In this document: piece by piece, positions 25,175 through 39,089 of the stretch
Numbering within the stretch: the stretch's first letter is position 1
Layout: each line of letters opens with the position of its first letter
Assembly (NCBI GenBank): GCA_051294905.1
Contig: CM119371.1
Span: forward strand, 5,830,001-5,894,000
Length of the DNA stretch: 64,000 nt
Reading direction: 5' to 3'
DNA from: Botryllus schlosseri
Taxonomy: Eukaryota
Notes under the pieces: generated by a model
Told to the model about the DNA's origin: nothing
What the model saw: only the letters and a program-made list of their open reading frames with translations
Database searches by the model: none
Made by a program: the position numbers and the translations under genes

Positions 25175-26480
25175 TGTGACAAAAGCGATATTTATGCTAT
25201 TGCCCAAGAAGCCAAACATACATATACACTGGTCGTCGTTTGAGGAAGTTCAAGGTGATGTCATTTGCGGATCACGTTTGCATGATAACTTTATGCGTGT
25301 GTTTTTATATACCACAGGTAATTATCATAGCGCTGCCAAGATTCTGGTGGAATTGGAGAAGACTTTACCGAATTTGTTGATGGTGAAGCTTCGACGTGAG
25401 CAATTAGTTTGTAAGAAGTCTTTGTTTGACGATATGATAACTCCGGTGTTTTGCTGCAGCAAGCCGAGAGTCTTCTCAAACAATACTCGACCGCTTTGGA
25501 AAAGGTGGAAGAGCGCTGCTTTTTCATTCGAAAATACGTGTGGTTCCTGGTCAATGTGTCCAAGAAAATCGGCGAGGCCAGGCAAGTGCTGAAAGACGCC
25601 ATTTCCAAGATAGGCGACGAGGTATGTAAAACATAATTTGCGGAAGACGTTTGCCGCATTGTCCTCTCTGTATGTGTTCAGGAGCAACTGTATAAGGATC
25701 TGGTCGGGTTGGAATTTTCCCATGGTGACGAGGAGAGCTTCTGCAAGACGTGCGACCTGGCGCTGGAAAGTCAACACCTCGGCGAAGAGAGCAACTTTGT
25801 GTTTTCCCAAAGAAAGCAGTAGTACATGGAAGACTTTGGCAAGGACGCCACTCTGTAAGGGTTTCGGTGGTGGAGATTTCAAAGTGGCTAGTGTGATGAT
25901 TTTGATTGATCTGGCACATGGTACAAAATGTCTACGACGAGCGTCAGAAGCTGTACCGGAGTCGTAAGAAAAGGCTGCAGACTGCGGCGGAATCGGCCCA
26001 ATCCAAAAAGCCAAAGACTGAGGCCTCCAGCCCGACCAGTGGCAGTAAGACAGCCGGGGCACGACAAACGTGAGATCTTGTCATCACTTTTTCCGACAGT
26101 TTCACTAATGTTTTTGTTTTGAGCAGATATTCAGCAAAACCGACCACCAACGGAAGCTACACAACTCAAACCGCCGTGCAGCAAGCGGCGACGGCACAAG
26201 CAACCGCCCAAGCGTATCAACAAGCTGCCACCGGGGACGCTACGAGTTTATACTACCAGAACTACTGGAACTATCAACAAAAGCCAGCAGAGGCAAGAAT
26301 TGAGTATATTTTGGAAGAAAAAAATATCAATCATGATAAATATTTTTTGCTACAGGCAGCAGCCCAGCAGCAGTACCAACACAGTACACCAACAGTACAC
26401 CAACACCAACAGTACACCAACAGTGAAAGAAATTTCATTGAATACAAATTGAATAACGCGGGTGCAGAAGCAAATTGAAG
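25175..26480 (+). pseudogene. PRPF39: Intron-containing 3' fragment of a PRPF39/Prp39 (HAT-repeat splicing factor) gene
   Basis: LPKKPNIHIHWSSFEEVQG|NYHSAAKIL...LLMVKLRR, ARQVLKDAI, LYKDLVGLEF, FSQRK-*YMEDFG and YYQNYWNY match the recalled PRPF39 C-terminal half. A stop and a frameshift lie near 25800-25825. No 5' half is visible. Confidence 0.85.
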
Positions 26481-28590
26481 AACGCTCACGAGATGGAAGC
26501 ATATTTCGTCTTTGTTCTCATCCATGAAACTCATAAGTGTCTTAAAATTGTTTTGGTTCGGTTTTAACCATATTCGCCTGAAGTATATGAGCATGTCAGT
26601 TTTGGCCGGGGCCTGTCGGCTTTTGAAATCACTTACTTTGGTTCTTCGAGGCTGTGCGTATTTGTTGGGCCTTTTCTGACCGTTGTTTGCCATTTTATGA
26701 GTGACTTTTGCTCGGACCTTAGCGTACGGTTTGGGTTTCCCATGTGGTTTTGATGGTTGCGCGCACACTTTTGGTGTCGAGGAGACCAACGGCGGTGTTC
26801 GTCGGTACAAGTCCTTCGCTGGTGACGATCCAAACGATATCTGTGATTGTAGCATTTTCAAATGGTTCACTTGTTAATAAAGCGCAAAATGTGCAGTTAC
26901 TTCGCTTAGCAGTTGATCTGTCGTCGTATCAAAGATGTCAGGTAGGGTTGTCCAAAATTTGGAAAATCTTAGAAATACCCCGTGATTGTGTCTCATTCCA
27001 TAGATTATTGATAAAAAATAACAATGAGCCCAAAAGGAGCTCACGGGAAAGCCGTTAAGATTTCGGCCAAAGCGTTTTAAAGTAGCTGCCTAAGAATGGG
27101 CGTGCCACCGACCATAGAACGGCGAGAAGACTAGTAATCAAATAACCACGGCTCCTGATTGGCTAATTGGCTATGCTTCAATGATCACCACAGCAACAAC
27201 TTGCTGATTATGTGCTCAAGGAGTCTGCTACCGGTGGGGATTCTGAAATCGCGTTGTTGGTTGGTTGGCAGATGATGATTTAAGATTAATTCATGACATG
27301 TTAAGGTACGAAATACATGATGAACAATCAACAGCTGCTTCACATAAACTTCTACAGCATGACTGCTTTGCTGTGAAGGAAACGGCTGTAGCCTACATGC
27401 CGTGTTTTCATCGAGGGAAAGCAAAGACGCTTATGCAAGTAGTGAACGAATTCCCCGTTTCAGAAGGGATCCATCATCAGTGAATACAAATATAAAGCTT
27501 GACCATGACACTATACTTTGTGTGAGCTTATTGGACTCCAGTTGTAGTATATAGTTGATATTTTGAATGCTCTAGGGATTGACTGAATCAGCCGGTTGTG
27601 CTTGGCATTTATACTTACAGCAAATTGAATTCACATGTAAGTGTTGACAATGCTGGATATCATGTCCAAACTATGCTGGATACTACGCAGTATAGTCTGT
27701 GATTATCTTTACACCTATTTTCTGCGGGATCAATAGGGACTTTGACATACCACATTGGGCATAGCCTGTGCGAGTGTGCGTTATCATTAGGGACTTTAGC
27801 AACACTTACAAGTGAATTCAATTTACTGTAAGTATCTGATGAGTGCCAAGCATAACCCGCTGATTCAGCCGATTCCAATATCATTCAAAACGTCACCTAT
27901 ATATTACAGCTTGAGCCTAATAAGATCACACAAATTACGGTATCGTGTCATTGATAAGCTTTATATTTGAGTTCACTGATGATGGATCCTTTCCAAACGG
28001 GGAATTCGTTTACCGCTTGCATAAGCGCCTTTGCTTTCCCTCGGTGAAAACACGGCATGTAGGCTACAGCCGTTTCCTTCCAATAAAGCAGTCATGCTGT
28101 AGAAGTTTTTGTGAAGCAGCTGTTGATTGTTCATCATGTATTTCGTACCTTAACATGTCCTGAATTAATCTTAAATCATCATCTGCCAACCTACCAACAA
28201 CGCGATTTCAGAATCCCCACCGGTAGCAGACTCCTTGAGCACATTATCAGCAAGTTGTTGCTGTGGTGATCATTGAAGCATAGCCAATTAGCCAATCAGG
28301 AGCCGTGGTTATTTGATTACTAGTCTTCTCGCCGTTCTATGGTCGGTGGCACGCCCATTCTTGGGCAGCTACTTTAAAACGCTTTGGCCGAAATCTTAAC
28401 GGCGTTCCCGCGAGCTTCTTTTGGGCTCATTGTTATTTTTTATCAATAATCTATGGAATGAGACACAATCACGGGGTATTTTAAAGATTTTCCAAATTTT
28501 GGACAACCCTAATGTCAGGCTTACGCCGTTTCTTAATATGCTTTGGTGATTTCAGATCGACATATGATGACATATGATCCACATATGAAT
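26430..28590 (-). pseudogene. Unknown lysine-rich gene fragment convergent with PRPF39, with an exon split by a foldback element
   Basis: Removing 26943-28511 and one TSD copy restores DLKSPKHIKKRRKPDIFDTTTDQLLSE, then a ~60-nt GT-AG intron, then ISFGSSPAKDL... (the ORF at 26331-26870). Confidence 0.5.
26943..28511. mobile_element. hAT-type foldback element with ~590-bp inverted arms
   Basis: TAGGGTTGTCCAAAATTTGG / CCAAATTTTGGACAACCCTA; 8-bp TSD ATGTCAGG at 26935-26942 and 28512-28519. Arms are ~26943-27530 and ~27920-28511. Confidence 0.93.
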
Positions 28591-30127
28591 GAACCTATGA
28601 TTCTTTTCGCAGCAGTTCTCAACCGGACGTCCGCAAAGTATTTTAAGGGGTTCTGCGACACTTTGTGACATGATTTTTAACTTATTCAAGGTTCTTTGAG
28701 GGTAAATCATACAAAGATGGTCTACTTCATAACTGCTAAACCGCCAGGGCTCACATCACGGAATGTCTGCCGGGGATAAAATATCCATTTTAATTGCCTG
28801 TAATCCATTAGCCAACGGTAGGCCTAAATTGTCGTGCCAAGTGATAACTGTTCAAGACCAGGCAGCATTATCCGAACGCAACTAATTATTGTGTCCAACC
28901 TATGTAATAGTAAGGACAGGCCAAGTCAAGAACTCGTATTTGACGTATTATGACACGCAGCAGCAGAAATATTATCAATTAAATTGGCTTCAGAACACTA
29001 AAATTCTTCACAATATGATAATATTTTCAAATTCGCAGTACACACTGGCCTACTGCACAACGCAGATCACAGCTGCAGGATAACTGAGCTAAATCTCGAC
29101 CAAAACTAGTCAACGCTCCAGATTACCTGACCAGGATCTGACATGCACTTCACCTACTGTCATATGCCATTGCATTTCATAGCTTATCCGTCTTATGCTA
29201 TCTCGCAACTTTTCATTCAGTGAGCATGCCTCTTATCTACATGCTCTTGCTAAGCCAAGATGGGTGTCTGACCAAAAGCTCGAAAACCGCTGTCCAATCG
29301 TTTACCTTCAATGGGGTCGGCTTAGCGGCTCCGGCAAGCGACAATATTCGCACTTCCGTTTCCTTCACCATTTTCTCAAGCTCTTGAATTCGGATTTCTT
29401 TTTTCCCAACTGCATACTCAAGATCGGCGATATCGTTCCTGCACTTATCCATTTCGTCCTTGGTCTTAACTTTGCCCCCCTCCATACTGAGCAGGTCCTC
29501 CGTGTCTCTCTGCAGATGGCAACAAGTCAAGGTAAGTACACAAACTGAATTGGTGTACGGCGAAACAACAGACCAGGTGCTGTCGGAGAAATTCGACTTC
29601 TTTTCTTAGTTTGGTGACGCTGTTGTCGCGGTTGGTCGCTTTGCTTTGTATGTCGCCTTTCTCCTGTTCCAGCTGCTGCATTTTCTTTCTCAACCCATCT
29701 TCAAACGACTGCCGGGAGCCTAACAGCTCTGTCACCTATGGAACGGTGGAGGTGGTCAGTAACGAAGTACTTCTACTTTTCAGTACTCAAGCAGCACTAC
29801 TTGCTCGAGTGGTTATGATTTTAAACTACTTCTACTTCAGTTTTTAGGCAAAATGAGGCGTAGAATATTTCTAGGAATTACCACTTCTATTTGTAGTAGA
29901 GTAGTAATTTACGACATTACATCTACTTTAGTCCCAATGATGACTACTTTGATGTTCAGAGAATATTCAAATCTCAGGCCAATTTGAATGTTTCAAACTA
30001 GGGTGGTTATCACAGACTACATCATGGTGATCTCGAACAAAGTCATGACATTTTGTGTTATAGTCAAGCATAGAGTATAATGAAGTAAATGTACCAGTAG
30101 ACCAATTCCCAAGCATTATCTCTAAAC

Positions 30128-30385
30128 CAGGGTTCTTAAACTTGGGAGTCAGTGAACTAGTTTTTAGGGGTCCGCAAAAGGACAAAACGTCATCAAGAAA
30201 CTACAAAAACATCATCCTTCGAGGGTGACGTCACGAGAGGAACTGTATCCACCTTGTCTAGTCATCAGTTATCTTATTTTAGGCATAGAATAGCCTGAAT
30301 ATTGTCGAGCTTGATATGATGACGTTCCATTATTCGGCTTCTGAAATTTTTGGGGTATGAGATCAAAAAAGATCAAGAACCACTG
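30128..30385. mobile_element. hAT (Charlie-like) MITE
   Basis: CAGGGTTCTT / AAGAACCACTG ends; 8-bp TSD CTCTAAAC. Confidence 0.85.
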
Positions 30386-31121
30386 CTCTAAACATGATTA
30401 GCAATCACCTACCATGAAACGATCACACAACAGGGTTTTCATGATACCTCGTGATTGGCCTAAGAAATATAGTTGAGTGTTAAAACCCTCACATTTGTGT
30501 AAAATATGTATGCGTGGTTATAAAATAATGAAAATATTCAAATAAGGAATTGCTTCAATAAATACAACACTAGAGGTGATCAATAACAAAGTACCTGCAC
30601 TACTTCCTCAAATGGTCATGACTTTGGAATACTTCTATTTCAGTTTTTGGGCAAAGATAGGCCTAGAATACTTGCTTTTATACTTACTCGGAAGCTGCTT
30701 CTTCAATTTGTACTGAGCAGAAATATACGTTGTTACTTCTACTTGAGAACCAATGATGGGAACGGTAAACAATAAAATCGTAATGTGTATAATTTCTTCT
30801 CACATCGATCAATCACCACAACAGAACCAAAAATGATAATAACACAGTAAGTAGGGGCCTACATGGAACACTGGTATGACATCCAAAACAAACTAAACAA
30901 AGAATAATAAGAAAATTACTTTCTCATTAGCGCTGGCGAGGTCCTTTTTCATCTTTTCAACATCTTCCTCTTTTCCTTTCAATTGTTTTCTGAAATTCAA
31001 AAATCAAATCAAAAACTCATTCCTGACAAAACACAACTTGCTTAACCCCGTTAAAATCGGATATCACCTGTGATATCAGCTACTTCATTTGACCATATAT
31101 TTTTTTGTCTACGTCCTAGAC

Positions 31122-32445
31122 CAGTGGTTCTCAACCTTTTTGTCCTCGCGGACCCCTTTCAGACCGTCACGGACCCCGCGGACCCCCACGAAGTTTTAGT
31201 TCAAATTTAGCTCAATTATCGTGCAATTGTCATCTGTTGTGTGAAAATGATAACTAATCGCCTTAGTGATAAATATCAACAAAAAGTCTTTTCTTGAAAA
31301 TAAGATCATACTATTCATGTGGAAATTGGGTTGACTTATTTTATTTTAAAGCGAATTCTACAACTGTATTTCTTGAAATAAGTGTCTTGAAAATCCGCGC
31401 CTTCGAATTGACATGAACGAGTGCCGAAAGTCCATTTCCACAAATAGAGATGGTGACGAATGTAATAATAACGCGGAACGCATCCGACGACACATTTCGG
31501 TATGATCGCAACAAATCAAAATGGACAAACGATTTTTTTATCTGGCAGCTTATCTTGAAATTCTTATGGGAAAAATCGTTATCTATCACAGTGTTGGAGG
31601 TTTACCTAGGCTCCTCCTCGATTCCTAATCCGCGTAAGCGGTGTCTTACAAAAGCCTAGAAGTGGGCCGTGCTATAAGTCGGCTGTTACGGAATAAATAT
31701 GAAGAATATCAGCCTGGTGTAAATGACCATAGTAGTCGACAAACACCATGAATACCTCAAAACAAACAAACAAACAGGAAAAATGGATTGCTGTAAGCAT
31801 TTCGAAGTCACCGTTATCGACCTTACTCACCTAACTTTTCTTTCACTCAATCCCCAACCAAAATCTCTAAACAGCAAAATGTGGGCAATTTAGTAATTAA
31901 AATGGAAGGAAGGAAGGACGGAAGGACGTAGTTTACTTTTGTCCTTGATGTTTTTGCGGCATATACACCGACTCATGATATACATACACACGATCTGTGC
32001 ATATGCATACCATGAGTGTATGATGTGCATATGCCGTTGGACAAGGAAGGTGCAGATTTAGCCTTGTACGTCTTCCAAAGTCTTGCATCACCCCTCCATG
32101 TTATCCCAATGCATGAGCGCCATGCGGGGAAGTCATGGATACCAGTGTTACTAATCAGGTCTTTGGTCTGACCCGGCCGGGGATCGCACCCACGACCTAC
32201 CGATCAAGAAGCCGGACGCTTCACCATTACGCTATCTTGTCGGTAAAATGATCTGCACAGTAGGATAGGCCTATTTCATCTCAGAAGGCCATTCTGTTGA
32301 TTTGAGCTCTGGAGTTTTAGTAGTAATGAAGCGAAACTTCCTCGCGATTTTCCTAATTAATAAAATACAAATTAGGTTATTAAATATTTTAAGGCTTCGC
32401 GGACCCCCTGAAAATGCTTCGCGGACCCCCGGTTGAGAACCGCTG
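31122..32445. mobile_element. hAT (Charlie-like) non-autonomous element containing a SINE
   Basis: CAGTGGTTCTCAACC / GGTTGAGAACCGCTG; TSD TCCTAGAC; GCGGACCCC subterminal repeats. Confidence 0.9.
31904..32244 (-). mobile_element. tRNA-derived SINE, same head as 3196-3449 but a different tail
   Basis: The reverse complement reads TAGCGTAATGG...GGTGCGATCCCCGGCCGGGTCAGACCAAAGAC and ends in a (TTCC)n-like tail. Confidence 0.78.
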
Positions 32446-33269
32446 TCCTAGACGCTTCATTTTTGCTTGTAGTGAAAGCTAGCAATCTTCTGATTCTTAT
32501 GATACCTAATTAGAAGGTATAAGGCATGACAATTTTCGAGAACCGGCGATCTTACGTGAGGAGTTCGGCCGAAAATACTTATGCCTAAAAAAGTGGTTAT
32601 CACCCAAAATTTCCAGATATTTTCCGAGTAGGAAATATAGTCAGAAATTCTGCCAGAACATCAGAAGTAGACTTGTAAGGTGTTCTGTGTGATTCTGTGT
32701 GACCGTTTCGAACATCAAACCTTGTTGTGGGATGTATTCTGAGGGGTTTGTTAATTGTGGTCACGCTTCAGTGATTTTCAAGAACATAGTCAAGAAGTTC
32801 ATGACCGAATATCAGTCATAAACAGGTTTACTATGCCTCCAAATGGTTGGATACCACGTACCAAGTATACCACGTTGTTTCATGCCATTAACTGGGCGGT
32901 AGGGATCCGATTCGGTATTGATCTTGAACTTGACCATTATGACCACTCACTGACCACGCCCATATGTAAATTTTTATGAATTTTTCATTATTCGATATCT
33001 GGCGAGCCGCGTTGTATACGGCCATGGTTGACGGCTTGTTCGAATTCAGGCAAGGGTGGCTACGCACTGATGCATCATTTTTGACTCTCTGACGCTATCC
33101 TGGAGGTCAGTCTTGAAAAATGACAGAGAGAAAGAGATTTTTTTTAAAAAGTTTGTTTATTTAGTCTTATAAAAAACCTAGACATGCCTTGGGGTATCGA
33201 TAGAGGGCCGAAACGGTAGAAGGCTATACCCCGCCCGCTTTTAAATTGAAACAGCTCAGATTCAAGTCT

Positions 33270-34020
33270 CGGCGTAGAGCCTCGATCGCCTTCCAACATT
33301 TTGCGGACCATGGCACGCGTTCATATCGTCAGCGACTTTTCAGCTTTCTTGAATGTTAACTGATTATTATTATCGCAAATTATTTTACTGCACCAACACC
33401 TCGCCTGTTAATCATGCGTTGTAGCGCCGCCAAAAATTCCTCAGTTGTCATGTCGCTCGTGAATCATCATGCTATGAGGGCATGTAAACAACGCCGCCCT
33501 AGGACTTCATGTACAGAGGCCTTGTAAAATCCAAACCGACCCGTGAAAAGCCGGGAGAAATGCAGACGCGTTCCGGGGGACGAACACCCATTTTCGGTGC
33601 AGATGTGTCGTGCTGTGATGTGATACACCACGCATTGGCGCAAAACTCGACGAACTTCATTCTGAATGTGAAAGCGTTCCCGCAAAATGGCAATTGTCCT
33701 ATTTTTTGGTGAATGAGCGGCTGCCTCGTGTACTTGTACACGTAAAATCAATTGTTCAATTGGTAGTTCCTTGGCTGGAAGGATTATGGGAGCTTTAGCA
33801 CAATCAGACAACTCCGACATACACAGACGATTTCGAGTTTTAGGATCGAACCGTGGAACCATATCTCGGAAGTCACACGTTGGCTGGAACATTTTTACAA
33901 ACCACCAGCTGTTCAATCAGCAAATCGAGACTTTTGTATCTAACGAAACAGGTGCGCCTCCGCCAATTTCAATTCATTGTGCCCTATGAATTTGTTTTTG
34001 CAATCTGGATCGAGTTGTCA
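33270..34020 (-). mobile_element. BEL/Pao LTR retrotransposon integrase remnant
   Basis: PIILP...HEAAAH...LRERFHI...VRRVLRQCVV, FSRVGLDF and MTTEEFLAALQRMINRRG, with frameshifts. Confidence 0.85.
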
Positions 34021-37000
34021 TGGCTACGCTCTATTTTCCAACGTCCGCGTTAACCGGTAAATATCTGGTACTCCTCACCAAGCATATGCAGGATTAATGT
34101 CAAAATATGAATGACCCAAAGACAGAATAAGCCAACTTCTATCGTCGTTAAAGCCACTGTTTTAGTGGTTTATCACTGCATTCAACCGGCGTATTAATGC
34201 CAATTCCATTGTTTGCGAGTAAAGGTATTGGTACCGTTATATACTATTACGTATATGAGGGTTACCCTATTTTTGTAACTCAAATTCCGGACACTCTTTA
34301 GCACCCACGAGTGGGTTTTACAATGAGATATGAACGCATTGTCACTCAATATGACGTCGTTGCATCGACACTTTGCTATCTTTTCATGGTATCGCAGTCT
34401 TGTGATGTTTTGAAACGATGAAAATATTAATAAACCTGATTGATTAATTGATTGATTGCACTAGCAAAACTTCGCCTATCGACTGTATATGGGAGTGGAG
34501 TGGAACGTAGGTTCAGAATTGGAAAATCTCTAATGTGCGCTCTATGGTTATTGCTTGGGTCTACAACAGCTAATTTCTTCACGGGCCGGAAGAAGTCGTC
34601 TGTTAGACCTTGTCTGGGTGTTTGCAGTGTTGGGATGACTCGAGTCACCTTTTTGTATGACTTGACTTGACTCGATTCACTTTGCCAAAAGGACTTGACT
34701 TGACTCGGCGTATCAAAAATGTGGATTGACTCGCGACTCGGAGCAAAATTCAAGAGTCAATTTCAAGTTATCATGTCATCGGTGTCGATAAAAATCATTG
34801 TGTCTTGCATACGGCCGGATTGCTCACGAAACGCTCGTGTAACCCGTGAGAGCGACTAATCATTCAATGATCGTGCGTTTCACTGTGCCTCCATTGTTCT
34901 TTCACAAATAAATTGACCGCAAACGAAGTGCTCGAAGCTTATAGCTTACGAGGTCGTAAACTAGTACAGTTAAGTAATTTAATAGATAAATGTATATTTC
35001 TGTTTTCTGTTCTTACCTTGACCAAACCTCTTGTTTTATTGAAATTGAATTCGAATATAGTTTAGATAGTCATAAACCATCGGCATATGCTCGTTTTGTA
35101 TCATATCAATTTGTAAATGTGTAATGTACAGAGGTGGTCAAAGTAGTCAAGAATGCTACTCAAGTAGAAGTAGAAGTAGCGACGCAAAAATCTACTCAAG
35201 TACGAGTGGAAGTACTGTCTCCATAAGCAACCTAAAACTACTTGAAGTAGAAGTAGAATTGACTGACTTTAAAAGTACTCAAGTAAGTAAGTAGTTTTGA
35301 AAACTGCAGTCTTAATTCGTTCACAAGGATTGTAAAAAGGTGCATATTGAGCTATGCGAACGGTGACGAGCTTGATTCATATTGATGCATACCAGCATCC
35401 CAGGTATCCAATTGTCGATAGCATTAGCATTCGTCCACATCATGGGATGAAAATGATAGTGTTGATATGAAAATGCGATACTAATCCTCTGTTTTCTCGA
35501 ACAGCACGTTTTAGAAAATAGCATGGTGTGGCGCCATCCCCCATATTATAACGCCCGTAGTTCAGTCGAAGAGCAATACGGAGAAGTTGTGTGGGATACG
35601 GTGTAAACACTTTGCGCGATTAGTAAACGTTAATAAAAAATATGGTGGACCGTAAAAATGCCATACTGTGTATAGCTTTATTTCCGGAAATTAAAGGCAT
35701 TACTACACTTGCTTTATACTTCAACAATATACATGTATGTTAACCAGACAAAAGAACTTATATTAATTACAACTCAAAGTACATGATGCTGGGAATTGAA
35801 AGTGAAACATAAATAGCTTACTACTTATGAAAGCGTAACATGTAATTCATGCCTTCAGTCCAGAAAGTTTCAAAGGTGGTATGCTAAAACAGCGCTAAAA
35901 CTATCAACAAAAAGTCAGAGTCCACTTTTCCAGGTTAGGACACGCCATGGACATTACGATATGACAAATAAATGCTAGATTGCGAAACATCAGATTCAAA
36001 CGTTATGATGAGCCATATAAAATGAGATGAATTATTTCATATATTGACGAAGGGCGACAATGTGGTGTGAACGGAACCACGCCAACCCGCTACCTAAATT
36101 ATAATCATCGACACTTTCGTGAAATCATACTGATCACTTCGTATCCACTGCGCGCGAGGCGCGACGAAAATTCTGGGCTTTACCCAACTTTTATGAAAAT
36201 TAAATGTTGATACTCCGTGAAAACAGCCCCGAAAATCCTCAGGGTATATTCCTGATTGGAGTATCAAACTACTTCTACTTGACAAACTGAAAATAGCGAA
36301 AAGTAAGTAAGTAGATCACAAAATATTACGAAGTAAAAGTAGAAGTAGTGAAAATCAGATCTACTTGAGTAAGTAGCAGAAGTAGAGGAAAACTACTTGA
36401 TAGGGTGGAGTGAAAATGACTTTTTTTTTTCAAATCAAAAAAGGCCTTCCTCAATCCTGACAAATGACCTAAAACTTCAATTAAAAGTGACTTCAGGGTG
36501 TTGCCCCCATTTTCCAGCCGGCAACCCCCCAATTTCTGCGCGTGGGGGGGGGGGGGGGGGGGGGTAAAATGGCCCATCTCGGCAACCGCTGGTCGTAGAG
36601 TCATGATATATAGCTCAAAATCTGCGGAAGCATCATGTTTCTATCTGTCTTCTGAAGAAAGTTCTCTCTATTGTGAACACAAAATGAGTTATAGCCAAAA
36701 AACTATATATACGCACATTTTTGTTGAAATTCAGCATTTATTCTGACGAATTGTGATCTGTCATTAGTTTTTTTAAAGTAAAGTAACACACTGGCAATAC
36801 CGAATAGTGGGCCCAAATTACAAATATATTCACAACACAGTCCTTTTAAAATCGGTTCCAAACATCATAATGAAACATTCACAATGAACGTCTTATATTA
36901 AAAATGCATTCTTTTGTCAAGTTTTTTCATCAGTTTACGAGACTTAATTTTTCGGCGAATGAGGCCATCTCGTCTTTGAAATCCCGAAACTAGTGCTGAT

Positions 37001-39089
37001 GCTTCTGTTACGAGCTTTACATGTCGTTCCACTGTTTGATTGTGGCATGGATGAAACATTATCAGAGGCTTCTCGCGGCATTCTTCTAACTCTGCATCAG
37101 TTAAGTGCTCAATCGCTGGAGAAAGTTGTTGATATAAGGTTCAATATCAACCAACTCGTGGTATACCTTTGCTTCCAAGTTCAACTTTGAGACGCAGAAT
37201 AAACGAACAGGACCGCAGTTCAATTGGTTGGAACCGCTATGACTCTCAATGTCCAGGAGTGAATTTTATTCAGCGGCATGTTTTCGAATCGCCAGCACCT
37301 TGGTCACACCCAATTGAAAAAAACTACGTGGAAGTGTATCTTGTTGGCCAGTTACTTAATTCAAAAAGCTCTCGCCACCACTTATGGCCTTTCAAAAGCT
37401 CCCATAGGAAATTGTTAGTGACTTAAGTAAGGACCAGTTATATGCTCATTGCTCATAAATGTGCTGGGCAATTATTCAAGGAAATGCTGATGATGATCTG
37501 GCTTACTTGGAGATTGGACCACCGGTTGCGCATTCAAGATGGCTAACTTTAGGATGCAGTGCAGAGTTTTACGGTATTAGGCTATGTAACGGTTAATGAA
37601 CCGCCTTTGAACCTGGAGATTCTGGTTCGTTTTTGCCTTGAAGTATATTTTCCAACTTGGTTTTATAGATCAAGGGAAACAAACATATAACACATGGACC
37701 CAGAAACATCTCCAACTTGATTAAACATGTTTTGAATTTCTCTGACCGAAACGTTCGAAAAATTGCTCCGAATGTGGTGATAAGAAACGGTTATTCCGCA
37801 CACCCCGAAAATATTATGATTGCAATGCTGGTAGATGATAATGAAGACATACGAAATAAGGGTGTGATCAAGGTGCTTGCGTTTCGAAAACATGCCGCTG
37901 AATAAAATTCACTTGTGGACATTGAAAGTCATAGCAGTTCCAACCAATTGAACTGGGGTCCTATTCGTTTATTCTGTGTCCCAAAGCCAAGGCATACCAC
38001 GAATTGGTTGATATTGAACCTTATCAACAACTTCCTCCAATGATTGAGCACTTAACTGATGCAGAGTTAGAAGAATGCCGCGAGAAGCCTCTGATTTTGT
38101 TTCATCCATGCCACAATCAAACAGTGGAACGACATGTAAAGCTCGTAACAGAAGCATCAGCACTAGTTTCGGGATTTCAAAGACGAGATGGCCTCATTCG
38201 CCGAAAAATTAAGTCTCGTAAACTGCTGAAAAAACTTGACAAAAGAATGCATTTTTAATAAAAGTCGTTAAATGTGAGTGTTTCATTATGATGTTTTGAA
38301 CCGATTTTAAAAGGACTGTGTTGTGAATATATTTGTAATATGGGCCCAATATTCGGTATTGCCACTGTGTTACTTTACTTAAAGGGCCATTCCCAACCTG
38401 GACAACAAAAGTTGGAACCACCACATTCCCTAATCTTCTGAAATTTGGTACATGCATAGATGAGTTAATTTCGAACACAATAAAGTTTATTTGAGGAAAA
38501 TTGATCCCCGGGGTCAAAAGTTATGTCATTTTAAAAAATTGACGATTTTCTGCTCATTTCAGCTCTGCAGCATTCAGGTTTATCAATGTAAAATTCAAAA
38601 AGGTGTAAACAGATGTGGGATTACAGTTGAGATTTGGCACTAGGTTTTCTGAGTAGCTAGTATATTGGTCTGTATTCTCATGTGGTATTGAATGCCATGC
38701 GGTGTAGTGTTAAAGGTTAAATTGAGGCGAAACGTGGTCGATGGTCCGAAATCGGTCAAGCGTTACACAATTTAGAATGCGAATTGAGCAAAACCTTATA
38801 AGTATATTCCAGCGAGTAGGGTATCATATGAAAGCTGGTTACAAAGACAATTTTCCATAGCTTTTTCATTTTGGTTTTTTGACTGTAAGGTGGGGAAATC
38901 GCCATCTCAAGAGTACACTGCATTTGTACATGGATATGCGTAAGTTTGGAATACGGTAAACCGATGGTTCCCATACTTTTTTGACTCCACACACCTTGTT
39001 AAGCTCAACTTATATTCATCACTACCCCTGAAGACTATATGTCAATTTCCAACAACCTATTTGAAACCAAGAGCTGTTCCTTGGGTATA

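Noticed and set aside
25325..26062. 245-aa minus-strand ORF
   Set aside because: It is the antisense shadow of the PRPF39 exons and has no recognisable motifs.
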